This document shows, piece by piece, positions 41,855 to 50,864 of a stretch of 64,000 nt of DNA; position 1 is the first letter of the stretch, and each line of letters begins with the position of its first letter. Below the pieces are notes generated by a model. That model saw nothing but the letters and a program-made list of their open reading frames with translations, was not told where the DNA came from and searched no databases. Location of the stretch: the NCBI GenBank assembly GCA_038204425.1, contig JBBRCZ010000002.1, positions 64,001-128,000 of the forward strand, in the 5' to 3' direction. A program made the position numbers and the translations under genes. The DNA is from Spirochaetia bacterium. Its GTDB lineage: Bacteria; Spirochaetota; Spirochaetia; DSM-27196; Salinispiraceae.

Positions 41855-43679
41855 TCTTTATATCCAAGCCGTCGAGATTGTCATAAAAAACATTGTCCCA
41901 CTTGTCGCGGACGGCCATAAAACTGAGTGGATGAACGATGTAAGTGATAGGAACCTGCTCCAGAATAAGCTTTTGGAACTCGTCGTAGACTTTCTTGCGC
42001 TTAGCCGTATCAAGCGTAAAACGCCCTTGGTTATAGAGCGTATCGAGTCTGGCCTCCCAGTCTGTGGCTGGTTTTTTTTGCAATGGATACCAGAGGTGGA
42101 AGTTGCCCTTTGATTGCCAGACATTGGATCCGGACTCTGGCCAGTAGTTGACGCCCAAGGACACGGTCGCAATTTCCCAGTCGTAGGTGTTAGTCAACAT
42201 TTCTACCAATTTTTGAAAGTCAATTGATCTAACGCGGGCGTCTATGCCGATTGCCTTGAGCTCATCGGCAAAAATATTCATCATGTCGACGCCAATGTTG
42301 TTCTCAGAACCAACCTGGATGTTGATCACTACGGCATTGCCCTTACGGTCACGCAAAACCCCTTGCTCGTCGCGTGCAAAGCCTTCTTCGGTAAGGAGCG
42401 CAAGTGCTCGCTCAGGATTGTAGGTGTAGGGCAGGCTTATGTCTTTGTCAAACATAGGATTAGCAAGTGCAAAGAAGTGGTGGGCTGGCACCGCCAGTCC
42501 ACGGTAAACCTGCTGCGCAATGCGTTCGCGGTTGAGCAGGCTGCTCAAGGCCTGTCTAAACTTGGTTAGGGAAAGCCAAGAGTAGACGAGTTTATTCATA
42601 TTGCTTGGATTCTGGTTAAAGGCAATCATGCTCGAACCCAAAGACCTGCCGCCGTTGTAGACCGTATAGTCTGTGTTTTTAGCACTTACTAGCTCGCTCA
42701 CGTCCTCGGGGCGCAAAATATAGTTGTCTTTTTTGCCTTCTTTAAAGACCAAAAACTCAGTGTTGCGATCAGGCACTATGCGGTAAATCAATTGGTCGAG
42801 ATAGGGCAGCTTTTGACCACTTTCGTCAAAGCGCCAGTTAAGCGGGTTACGCTGCAAAACTACTCTAACTCCGGGGCTATACTCCACAATATGGAACTGA
42901 CCGATGCTGGGTATGGTTCTTGGATCAGAATCAATAGCAAGTAGGTCGAGCATTGCAACAGCGCCACCCTTTTTCTTCTTGTCACTTGGATACTTGGCGG
43001 CGTGATAAATGTATCGTGGGCCAAACTCGGAATTAGTACTCAAAATTGGGTTGGCGACAATGCGTGGAAAGATAAAGCTAAAGCGACGCTCGTCAATCTT
43101 TTCTATTCGAATTTCTGCTTGGCTACCATCGTCCATCTCAATAAATCTGCCACTGTAGCCTGGCTGTTGAAGACTTTGGTCGCCCTCGACTTCATTATAC
43201 CAAAAAACCACATCGTCACTAGTAACTTTTACCGCTTGTTCCTTGCTTTGTCCTGGCAATGACCAATAGAGCTCGTCCCGCAAGGTGTAAGTCACCTTTA
43301 AAAAATCTTTGGCTTGGTCGCTTTCTATTTCAAAGCTCGCAAGGTTGGGCTCAAACTCTTTGGTATATGGATTGTAGTCAACCAAGTATTCAAAAAGTGC
43401 TCCGACTATAGTACCGGTGTCGCCGTCACGGGCTGTCAAAGTATTAAAACTTTTGGGGTCGTTGTTTATGGACGATGTCCACGTACCGCCAGGTTTACCT
43501 ATCGCAAAGTCACGTTTGCCTATTTTGCGTGTCATTTTGGACAAAAGCTCGTTCTCAGCAAACTGGCTTAGGTCCTCAAGCTCATCAAACGAAACCTCGT
43601 CTTGTTGTGAGCAGGCACTCAAACTCGCAAACAACAAAAAGACAACAAGCGTTGTGGCCAAAAAAAATAGGCGCTTCAT
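41835..43679 (-). CDS. oppA: ABC transporter substrate-binding lipoprotein (family 5)
   Basis: Lipobox LSAC; DPKSFN, TSDDVVF, KLPYLD. Confidence 0.88.
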   Translation of the reverse strand: MKRLFFLATTLVVFLLFASLSACSQQDEVSFDELEDLSQFAENELLSKMTRKIGKRDFAIGKPGGTWTSSINNDPKSFNTLTARDGDTGTIVGALFEYLVDYNPYTKEFEPNLASFEIESDQAKDFLKVTYTLRDELYWSLPGQSKEQAVKVTSDDVVFWYNEVEGDQSLQQPGYSGRFIEMDDGSQAEIRIEKIDERRFSFIFPRIVANPILSTNSEFGPRYIYHAAKYPSDKKKKGGAVAMLDLLAIDSDPRTIPSIGQFHIVEYSPGVRVVLQRNPLNWRFDESGQKLPYLDQLIYRIVPDRNTEFLVFKEGKKDNYILRPEDVSELVSAKNTDYTVYNGGRSLGSSMIAFNQNPSNMNKLVYSWLSLTKFRQALSSLLNRERIAQQVYRGLAVPAHHFFALANPMFDKDISLPYTYNPERALALLTEEGFARDEQGVLRDRKGNAVVINIQVGSENNIGVDMMNIFADELKAIGIDARVRSIDFQKLVEMLTNTYDWEIATVSLGVNYWPESGSNVWQSKGNFHLWYPLQKKPATDWEARLDTLYNQGRFTLDTAKRKKVYDEFQKLILEQVPITYIVHPLSFMAVRDKWDNVFYDNLDGLDIKNVFLKP

Positions 43680-43766
43680 GGAAACCTCCCAGAAAACAAT
43701 CGATTTAAGAATAATACCGACTGGCGCTGTCTTTGTCAGTAGGCAACATTTTTGTTTAAGTAATTC

Positions 43767-43795
43767 TTGACATGGTTTTGCACTAAGGGTAAGGT
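43767..43795 (+). promoter_or_regulatory. Sigma70 promoter of the TPP-regulated operon
   Basis: TTGACA-N17-TAAGGT, 7 nt before the riboswitch. Confidence 0.7.
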
Positions 43796-43802
43796 AGGCA
43801 CT

Positions 43803-43889
43803 GTGTCGTGGGGTGGTTCCTTAAGTGGTGCCTGAGATCATACCCGTTGAACCTGATCCGGATAATGCCGGCGAAGGGAGCAAGACATG
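43803..43889 (+). ncRNA. TPP riboswitch
   Basis: GGGGTG...CTGAGA...TACCC...GAACCTGATCCGGATAATGCCGGCGAAGGGA consensus; P1 GTGTC/GACAT; upstream of a YkoE-type gene. Confidence 0.95.
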
Positions 43890-43974
43890 CTCAAGGTTAA
43901 ACCCTCTCAACACATTAATTTTTTGTAAGCGCTGCGATAGCTTTAAGTTATTGCCGCGGGCGTAGGAGAAGTAT

Positions 43975-44535
43975 ATGGCCAAAAAATCTGGCTGGAGTTT
44001 GCGTGACATTGTGGTCATGGCAGTAGTGGCAGTGTCGCTCGGTGTTTTGTGGTGGGCATGGACCGCCATTTACAGTCTAGCCGAAGGACCGCTCAAAGCA
44101 ATTCACCCCGGACTGAGTTATCTGCTTGTTGGGGTGTGGTTTACTGGCGGAACCATAATTCCATTTTTAATCAGAAGACCGGGGTCTGCCCTGCTAGGCG
44201 AGGTGCTCGCGGCCGGAGTTCAAGGGCTAATTACTCAATGGGGTTGGACCAGCTTGGTCTGGGGACTCGTGCAAGGAGGCGCAGCGGAACTAGCCTTTGC
44301 CAGCGGCTGCTACAAACACTACGGCTGGCCAACCTTTGCTTTTGCCGGGTTTCTTTCCGGCGCCGCAAGCTACACCATAGACTTCTTTTGGTATCGCTAT
44401 GGTGACACCTACAGTCTGGAAACCTGTCTCGTGCAGGCGCTGGCTTGTATGGTCTCGGGAATAGTCTTCGGTGGACTACTGGGTCGAACAGTTGGCCTTT
44501 CTCTATCAAAAACAGGTCTTGCTTCCAAGGCATGA
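43975..44535 (+). CDS. ykoE: ECF transporter S component, YkoE-type (thiamine/HMP)
   Basis: WSLRDIVV, GVWF, IRRPGSALLGE, GLVQGGAAEL; downstream of the TPP riboswitch. Confidence 0.88.
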   Translation: MAKKSGWSLRDIVVMAVVAVSLGVLWWAWTAIYSLAEGPLKAIHPGLSYLLVGVWFTGGTIIPFLIRRPGSALLGEVLAAGVQGLITQWGWTSLVWGLVQGGAAELAFASGCYKHYGWPTFAFAGFLSGAASYTIDFFWYRYGDTYSLETCLVQALACMVSGIVFGGLLGRTVGLSLSKTGLASKA

Positions 44536-46649
44536 CTACCAAGCCCGTACTGCTGCTTACTGACGCGCAACTTAGCCGTTGCACACGGTCGCTGATTAGT
44601 GTCGATAAATTTAGTGTCGCCACTGGGGAGCGCGTGCTTGTGACGGGCCGCTCAGGTTGCGGCAAGTCGAGCTTTTTGCTGGCCTTGGCCGGCATGGTAC
44701 CGGAATATGTTGATGCCCAACTATCAGGTAGCTGGCAGCTTAGTTCGTCAGTTGGGCTAGTTTTTCAGAATCCTTGGTCTCAGATGGTGTGCCCGACAGT
44801 TGAGGACGAAATAGCCTTTGCCCTAGAAAACCGAGGAATGGATGTCAAGACCATACGCTTGCGAGTCGACTCGGTTTTGGAATCCTTGCACATGACCAAG
44901 CTTGCCCACAGGAAGCCTTGGACGCTTTCTGGCGGCGAATGCCAAAAGGTTGCAATTGCAGCCGCCATTGCTCAAGAACCGCAGCTGCTTTTGCTCGATG
45001 AGTGCCTCAGCTATCTAGACAGCCAAGCTGCGGAAGAACTTATAGAATTAGTTGCCAGTCTGCCAGCGCAGATGGCCATAGTGATTGTTGACCACCAACC
45101 TTGGCGCTGGAAGGCGATAGTACGCAAAAGCTATCAAATAGACCAAGACGGCGTCCTAAAAAGTGTCCCTAACTGGCAATCGGCACCGCAACAAGCACCA
45201 CATCACCATTTAGCAAGTCTTGTTCAAGGCCAGACTATGCTCGAGCTGCACGAGGTGGATGCTGTCTACAAGCGTCGTGAGCCAGGACAAGATGAGCAAA
45301 CTGGGCACGTCAACAACTTGGTTCTATCTAAATTCAATTTAAGCCTCAAACAAGGGCAAAGCCTCGCCATAACGGGGCCATCTGGATCGGGCAAAACCAC
45401 CGTACTGCGCCTGCTGACGGGTGTACTAAAACCACAGGCTGGCAACGTCAATGTCCCCAAGGCCATGATTTATGTGCCACAAAACCCCGAGCATTTTTTT
45501 GTTTATCAAAGCGCCGCTGAGGAATGGCAAGGTGCAGAAGATCTTGCTCAGACTTTTGGACTTACTGCACTGGCCAATCGCCACCCCTTTACGCTTAGTG
45601 AGGGCGAAAAAAGGCGACTTACGCTTTGTGCCGCGCTTTCTAGCGCTCGCAAACGGCAACAAGATCTAGTCTTGCTCTTGGACGAACCAAGTTACGGCCT
45701 TGACGCTGCCAGTCTCAATGCCTTTGTACAAGCTATTGAACAGCTGCAAGCAAACGGCTTGAGCATGATTATGGTCAGTCACGACCTATCATTGTGCAGA
45801 CGTTTGGCCGACCAGATTATTGATCTCAAAATTCGCAATCAACCTGCTGTCGACAGTCAAATCTCACTCAAGTCTTCTAGACAGGGCATCTGCAATTTGG
45901 GCGCCAAGATCAATCCCCTAGCGCTGTTTTTGGTAAATTTTTTCTCGCTGATGCCGGTTATGCTTTCACTTGATTACTATGTGCCTGTTTTGATGACCTG
46001 CTTGAGCGTGGTCACTATAGTAGTGTTTCGGCCGCGAGCACTATCGTCTTGGCTGGCGGCCTCGTCTCTGATTGTGCTGGCTAGCTTTTGGGTTTTTCTT
46101 GCCACCGCTGGCTATGGAACTAGCCAAACAGGCCAGATTGTTCAGTTTTTGTGGATTGTTAAACCCAGTAGTGCCTTTGACAAAGCCTTAGTGCTTGCCA
46201 TGCGTAGTGCCGCTATGGCCATGATTTCTTTTTCGTTTGTTTTGATCGTCGACTTAGCTGAGCTTACGCGCTCGCTTATGGTGCAATGGAGATTGTCGCC
46301 GCGTTTTGGCTTTGCGCTTTTTACGGCGCTCAATATTTTGCCGCGTTTGCGCCAAGAACAAAAAACTATCGCCGTTGTGCACCGCATGCGAAGTGGCAGA
46401 CGATTAAATAAGCTTTTGCCTCAAGCCATTGCTTTGTTGGCCGGTGCCATCCGGCATGCCGAGCGCGCAGCTCTTTCTATGGCGCAACGCGGTTTGGAGA
46501 AACAAGCCGACCTTGGACCGCAGCGCAGTTTTTTGTCGGCTAAGGATTGGTCAAGTATCGATACAAGTACAGTGATTGTAGCTCTCTCTTTGATTGCCAG
46601 CAGTGTTTCCATTCTGCTGGCATCGGGATTGTTTAGGTTTGCTTGGTAA
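44532..46649 (+). CDS. ECF transporter double ATPase fused to the transmembrane T component (YkoD-YkoC-like)
   Basis: Two Walker A motifs (GRSGCGKS, GPSGSGKT), LSGGE and LSEGEKRR, followed by an EcfT-like TM domain ending ALSMAQRG. Confidence 0.85.
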   Translation: MTTKPVLLLTDAQLSRCTRSLISVDKFSVATGERVLVTGRSGCGKSSFLLALAGMVPEYVDAQLSGSWQLSSSVGLVFQNPWSQMVCPTVEDEIAFALENRGMDVKTIRLRVDSVLESLHMTKLAHRKPWTLSGGECQKVAIAAAIAQEPQLLLLDECLSYLDSQAAEELIELVASLPAQMAIVIVDHQPWRWKAIVRKSYQIDQDGVLKSVPNWQSAPQQAPHHHLASLVQGQTMLELHEVDAVYKRREPGQDEQTGHVNNLVLSKFNLSLKQGQSLAITGPSGSGKTTVLRLLTGVLKPQAGNVNVPKAMIYVPQNPEHFFVYQSAAEEWQGAEDLAQTFGLTALANRHPFTLSEGEKRRLTLCAALSSARKRQQDLVLLLDEPSYGLDAASLNAFVQAIEQLQANGLSMIMVSHDLSLCRRLADQIIDLKIRNQPAVDSQISLKSSRQGICNLGAKINPLALFLVNFFSLMPVMLSLDYYVPVLMTCLSVVTIVVFRPRALSSWLAASSLIVLASFWVFLATAGYGTSQTGQIVQFLWIVKPSSAFDKALVLAMRSAAMAMISFSFVLIVDLAELTRSLMVQWRLSPRFGFALFTALNILPRLRQEQKTIAVVHRMRSGRRLNKLLPQAIALLAGAIRHAERAALSMAQRGLEKQADLGPQRSFLSAKDWSSIDTSTVIVALSLIASSVSILLASGLFRFAW

Positions 46650-46655
46650 GTGAGC

Positions 46656-47282
46656 CTAGAGATTAGGCTTGGGTGTTTTGACCAAGTAGATCGCTGGCAA
46701 GCTCAGCAAGGTAACGGCAAACTTTACAGCCAAATTGATCAAGAAAATCTGAGCAACTATTTCGAGTGGAAGACCTGGGCTTCCAGGGAGGTCAATTGCA
46801 AAGGCCAAGGTGCAAAAAATTAGATTATCCAGTGGAATTGCTACACTGTTTGAGGCAAGCACTCCTAACCATTGTCGCTTTTCGCCAAAGCGCGCCCTCA
46901 GGCGATGGTAGACCTCAGTGTCCGAGAGTTCAGCTACCAGTTCGGCAATGATGCTGGCAAGCACAATGCGCCAGACTGGTCCCAAAACCTTGTCCCATTC
47001 TGTACCAAGTCCCCACTGAGGATCGGAGCCGACCAAAGTCGTAAATCCTAGGTACAAGGCCATCAATAAATTTACGGCGGCGGCACTAATAATGAGGGTT
47101 TGAGCGGCCTTTTTTCCTAGTGCTTTATGAACCAGATCGCGCAGGGTAAAGGTAATTGGGTACAAAAATGTACCCAAGTCTACCGCCAAACCGGCAAGCA
47201 GGCCAATCTTTAAACTGGCAATATCGGAGACCATCTGAGCGCCCAAGTAGGCACTAATGAGAACAATAGCAGAAACTGACAT
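46656..47282 (-). CDS. yhhQ: Queuosine precursor transporter (VUT/YhhQ family)
   Basis: SDIASLK, GTFLYPITFTLRD, RIVLASIIA, SN...LDN..F; preQ1-like leader. Confidence 0.88.
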   Translation of the reverse strand: MSVSAIVLISAYLGAQMVSDIASLKIGLLAGLAVDLGTFLYPITFTLRDLVHKALGKKAAQTLIISAAAVNLLMALYLGFTTLVGSDPQWGLGTEWDKVLGPVWRIVLASIIAELVAELSDTEVYHRLRARFGEKRQWLGVLASNSVAIPLDNLIFCTLAFAIDLPGSPGLPLEIVAQIFLINLAVKFAVTLLSLPAIYLVKTPKPNL

Positions 47283-47288
47283 AAAGAG

Positions 47289-47355
47289 TCCTTGTTTTGT
47301 TGAGGCGGGTGGCAGCAGGCCAGATGACCGAGCATCAAGCCAAAAAACGACCGCC
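47289..47355 (-). ncRNA. preQ1-I-like riboswitch aptamer 2 (RBS-proximal)
   Basis: RNA GGCGG-UCGUUU-[insert]-CAC-CCGCC-UCAACAAAACAAGGA: P1 GGCGG/CCGCC, with an A-rich tail running into the SD. Confidence 0.7.
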
Positions 47356-47403
47356 GCAGTTTTTTATCCGGGTGGCGACAAGCTGTCGCGCGCTGCTACC
47401 GGT
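47356..47403 (-). ncRNA. preQ1-I-like riboswitch aptamer 1
   Basis: RNA CCGG-UAGCAG-CGC-[GCGACA-GCU-UGUCGC]-CAC-CCGG-AUAAAAAA-CUGC: P1, pseudoknot GCAG/CUGC and an AUAAAAAAC tail. Confidence 0.72.
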
Positions 47404-47530
47404 TGGTGGCTACTATAGCTAAAAGTGGTCAAACAAGACAAGCTCAAACAGCACAAAGCGGATTGTTTGCAAATTTATTCGAGGCTACTACACTTAAAGA
47501 ATCTCTGGTCCGTCGATAGTAGCGAGCATT

Positions 47531-48085
47531 ATGAGTAAACAAGAACAGGCAACAGAAATAAGCCAGCGGCAGCGCCTCAGCGAGGCTTATCAAAGCGAGA
47601 AGCCTCGCTTTTTGGCAAGACTCAAGAAAGCTGGCAAGACCTTAGAAGAGGCAGAAGACATGCTGCATGAGCTGTATGCCGAAACCATTGAGCGATTGCC
47701 GCTTATGACGGGGGTGCGAAACGTGCCAGCTTGGATTAACTCTCTGCTCAGTCGTCGTTTAATCGATGCCTGGCGACACCAGAAAGTGCGCCATGCCTCC
47801 GGCGAAACGGATGTTGCAGAAGACACCCTGCGTGAGATTATTGCCGGCGCCGGCCTTAATCCGCTGGATGCCTTCGTGCAAGAGAGCATACTTGACGCGC
47901 TCAACGACGCCTTGCGGGCCTTGCCGGATGCGCAGCGTCGCGTCATAGAAGCTCAAGTTTTTGGTGGCAAGAGCTTTAAGGATATCGCTCAAGCCAGCGG
48001 AGAAAGCATAGACACAATAAGTGCGCGTAAACGCTACGCGCTTCGCAACCTTTCACACGCTCTACGCGAGTGGATAGAAGATTAA
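47531..48085 (+). CDS. ECF-type RNA polymerase sigma factor
   Basis: EAEDMLHE (region 2), RLIDAWR, ALRALPDAQRRVI...SFKDIA...TISARKRYA (region 4). Confidence 0.92.
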   Translation: MSKQEQATEISQRQRLSEAYQSEKPRFLARLKKAGKTLEEAEDMLHELYAETIERLPLMTGVRNVPAWINSLLSRRLIDAWRHQKVRHASGETDVAEDTLREIIAGAGLNPLDAFVQESILDALNDALRALPDAQRRVIEAQVFGGKSFKDIAQASGESIDTISARKRYALRNLSHALREWIED

Positions 48086-48116
48086 AGTGGGCCACAAGGG
48101 CCATAGGAGCAAGATT

Positions 48117-48500
48117 ATGGGTGACGGAAGAAGCGAAAAAAGAGAAATGGAAGACTGGTGGGAAGACCGGAGCTTGCCACAAAAAATAGCAGCCGGCATA
48201 GCCTTGGGAATATTGGGCATAGCTTTTCTGGCCCTGTGTGGCTGGATGCTTATGTCACTGTGGAACTGGCTAATGCCCGATATCTTTGGTCTCAAGACCA
48301 TCGACTACTGGCAAGCCTGGGGACTGTTTATTCTGTCGATGATCTTTTTTCATGGTGGAAGCAGCTCTGGCTCAAATGGACGCCGCAGTGAGCGTAAACG
48401 CAAACGCCATCTGCGCCAAGCTATGCAGGATCCGGAGTCCATGCCAATCAATCTGCAAGAACCATTGGCGCAAGCACAAAGTGAGCCTAAGCCAGAATAA
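48117..48500 (+). CDS. Small membrane protein co-located with the ECF sigma factor
   Basis: AGGAG before ATG 48117; LMSLWNWLMPDIFGLKTIDYWQAWGLFILSMIFF. Confidence 0.8.
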   Translation: MGDGRSEKREMEDWWEDRSLPQKIAAGIALGILGIAFLALCGWMLMSLWNWLMPDIFGLKTIDYWQAWGLFILSMIFFHGGSSSGSNGRRSERKRKRHLRQAMQDPESMPINLQEPLAQAQSEPKPE

Positions 48501-48551
48501 GTGTGGGGGGGCACCAGCCCCCCAACCTTGCCAGTAAGTAAAGGAAAATTT

Positions 48552-49523
48552 ATGAAAGCGATAGTCTATAGTGCCTACGGGAGCCCCGAAGTACTAAAGC
48601 TCAAAGAACTTGAGAAGCCGGCACCCAATCAAGAGCAGGTATTGGTCAAAATTGCTTACGCCTCAATCAATTCAGCAGACGCCAAACTAATGAGGGGCAA
48701 GCCTTTTTTGGCCCGTATGGCAGTCGGTGGTTTGCGAAAACCAAAAAAACAGATACTTGGTTCTGACATGGCAGGAACCATAGAAGCGCTGGGCGCCAAG
48801 GTGAGCCAGTTTAAACTCGGCGATAAAGTCTTTGGTGATCTAAGCGCAGCTGGATTTGCAACCTTTGCCGAGTATATTTGTATAGATGCAAAGCACTTGT
48901 CGCTAATTCCTGCCGGTGTATCCATGCAAGAGGCTGCAGCGGCGCCCATGGCTGCAGTCTGCGCCCTACAGGCCCTCAAGAAAGCTGGTGTCAAACCCGG
49001 CGATATGGTCTTAATCAACGGTGCCTCTGGTGGCGTGGGCATGTACGCCGTCCAGATTGCCAAAACAATCGGTGCCAAGGTAACGGCCGTCGGCTCCAGC
49101 GCAAAACAGCCTTTCTTGCAAACTATCGGCGCTGACGCAACTATTGATTATCAGAAGCAAGATCTGTTTAGCGCTACTCAATCCTACAACCATATAATCG
49201 ATGCGGCAGCCTATTGGCCGTTCAAAAAGTTTGCACCCTTGTTAAAGCCCAAGGGGCGCTATGTCTTGGTGGGTGGCTCAACTGCACTGCTCTTTGCATG
49301 CATGCTCAAAGGACCTTTTTTCTCAATGTTTTCTGGCAAAAAATACCTGACGCTTATGGCCCAAGCAAAAAAACAAGACCTCAACTATGTAGCTGAGCTT
49401 TTGCAAGCCAAAAAAATCGCCGCCCATATTGATAAAGTTTACCCATTGGCTCAATTGCCACAGGCCATGCACGATTTAGAAGAACGCAAACACCGCGGAA
49501 AACTCTTGATAGAGATGGTTTAA
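48552..49523 (+). CDS. NAD(P)-dependent alcohol dehydrogenase / quinone reductase (MDR family)
   Basis: MKAIVYSAYGSPEVL, LGSDMAG, INGASGGVG, GKL. Confidence 0.92.
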   Translation: MKAIVYSAYGSPEVLKLKELEKPAPNQEQVLVKIAYASINSADAKLMRGKPFLARMAVGGLRKPKKQILGSDMAGTIEALGAKVSQFKLGDKVFGDLSAAGFATFAEYICIDAKHLSLIPAGVSMQEAAAAPMAAVCALQALKKAGVKPGDMVLINGASGGVGMYAVQIAKTIGAKVTAVGSSAKQPFLQTIGADATIDYQKQDLFSATQSYNHIIDAAAYWPFKKFAPLLKPKGRYVLVGGSTALLFACMLKGPFFSMFSGKKYLTLMAQAKKQDLNYVAELLQAKKIAAHIDKVYPLAQLPQAMHDLEERKHRGKLLIEMV

Positions 49524-49556
49524 AAACGCAAGCAATCAAGCACCGTTAGCGCCGGG

Positions 49557-49967
49557 CTAGATTGCTTTGCCACATTGGAAGCATTCACGCCTATAACTAG
49601 AATTTTCTGCGCCGCATGAGGAACATTTTACGGCTGCAATACCGCTGACGGTTGATCTGGAGTTTGGTCTCGGCGCAGCAGGCACATGCGGCGCTCTGAC
49701 TGGTTCTTCTAACTTTATAGCTTCTGTACTATCTATACTGTCCTTAACTGAGTCTGGTTCTTGTTCCTTGTGAACGTTTGCAAGGCCGGTCGTGTCGGTG
49801 CTAACACCGCCTAGACCCACATTGACATTTATAGTTTGACGACCTGCTCGTTCATCTTCAGAAAACGACTGCCGACTCGATTGGGTAGGCTTTGTTCGCA
49901 GAAGTTGCAATTGCACGACAATAATTACGAGAAGTAAGAGGCAAGCGACCTGAAAAAACACATCCAT
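49557..49967 (-). CDS. Membrane-anchored protein with a C-terminal zinc ribbon
   Basis: N-terminal TM; CSSCGAEN...CFQCG. Confidence 0.75.
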   Translation of the reverse strand: MDVFFQVACLLLLVIIVVQLQLLRTKPTQSSRQSFSEDERAGRQTINVNVGLGGVSTDTTGLANVHKEQEPDSVKDSIDSTEAIKLEEPVRAPHVPAAPRPNSRSTVSGIAAVKCSSCGAENSSYRRECFQCGKAI

Positions 49968-50105
49968 AGCAGTCATTATAAGCCGGACATCGGGCTTTGT
50001 CTTAGTCAACTCTCATTTATTGCGCTTGGCAAACCGATAATATTTTTGGTAGACCAACACTTTGCTAGATCTACACTAAAGAGCACTGGAGACTATGTTT
50101 AAACT

Positions 50106-50864
50106 ATGAAGCCAAAGCAGCTCACCGAAATGTCTGATGAGGAAGTGCTCCTTCAAGAAAACATGAATCTTATCGCCACAGGACTCTTTGCCTGCCAAAC
50201 CGAAGAACAAGTAGATCTTGCGGTAAGTTTTGCTCGTTATCTTAGTTCCAACGGACTTACCCGCAGCAACTATTCTTTGTTTTTACGCTTGATTGCTAGC
50301 AACAACCATTGGGTAGTGGACAGTTTAATCGGTGAGCGCCAAGCTCGATTGATGTTTGCCTCTATTCCCCCCAGTACCTCTTTGATCAAAGACGCCTTTT
50401 CGGTGCTCTCCTTCTTTCATTCAGACATAATCTACCAAAAGACCCTTGAGGCGGCTTTGGGTGTCATTCAAATGGCTTACTACGACCCTGACGACGGCTA
50501 CAATATTTACAAACTGCGCATCTCAGATATCAATACCCTTGGAAAATACCTTGAGAAGGACAAAGAACAGGGCCAGCCCATTAACGCTCTAGTCTTGGAA
50601 ATTTTGGATAGATTGAGCGGAATTGGCGACTACAACAAAGTACCTGCTAAAAACGTCTTAGCGCGCCATTCGTTCTATGTTCGTATTGCATATTTTGACC
50701 ACAGAAAAAATCTCGAAGACGTAATTCCACAAGTTTTGCTCTATAATGCAAGTAGGCGTAAGGTAGTGACCAACCCAAGTCAAATCTATCGAGAAGCCCT
50801 CAAGCGCGAGCAAGCAGGTTCCGCCAAGGTTAAGGCAGGCACTGCGGGCACAAAGGAAGATTGA
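50106..50864 (+). CDS. Unknown helical protein, paralogue 1 of 4
   Basis: Aligns by eye end to end with the ORFs at 53021, 53735 and 54519 (NY.lF, N.wV.D, IY.KTL, DGY.IY, N.LGK.L, ILD, R..yFD, IPqVLL). Confidence 0.85.
   Translation: MKPKQLTEMSDEEVLLQENMNLIATGLFACQTEEQVDLAVSFARYLSSNGLTRSNYSLFLRLIASNNHWVVDSLIGERQARLMFASIPPSTSLIKDAFSVLSFFHSDIIYQKTLEAALGVIQMAYYDPDDGYNIYKLRISDINTLGKYLEKDKEQGQPINALVLEILDRLSGIGDYNKVPAKNVLARHSFYVRIAYFDHRKNLEDVIPQVLLYNASRRKVVTNPSQIYREALKREQAGSAKVKAGTAGTKED

Noticed and set aside
50014..50040. Possible sigma28 promoter (ACCGATAA) upstream of the kinase cluster
   Set aside because: No TAAA-like -35 at the right spacing; a sigma70-like TACACT closer to the gene is as plausible
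50095..50109. Mini-ORF MFKL* overlapping the P1 start (ATGA)
   Set aside because: The GGAG is only 3 nt from its ATG and such 4-codon ORFs arise by chance; not supportable without Ribo-seq
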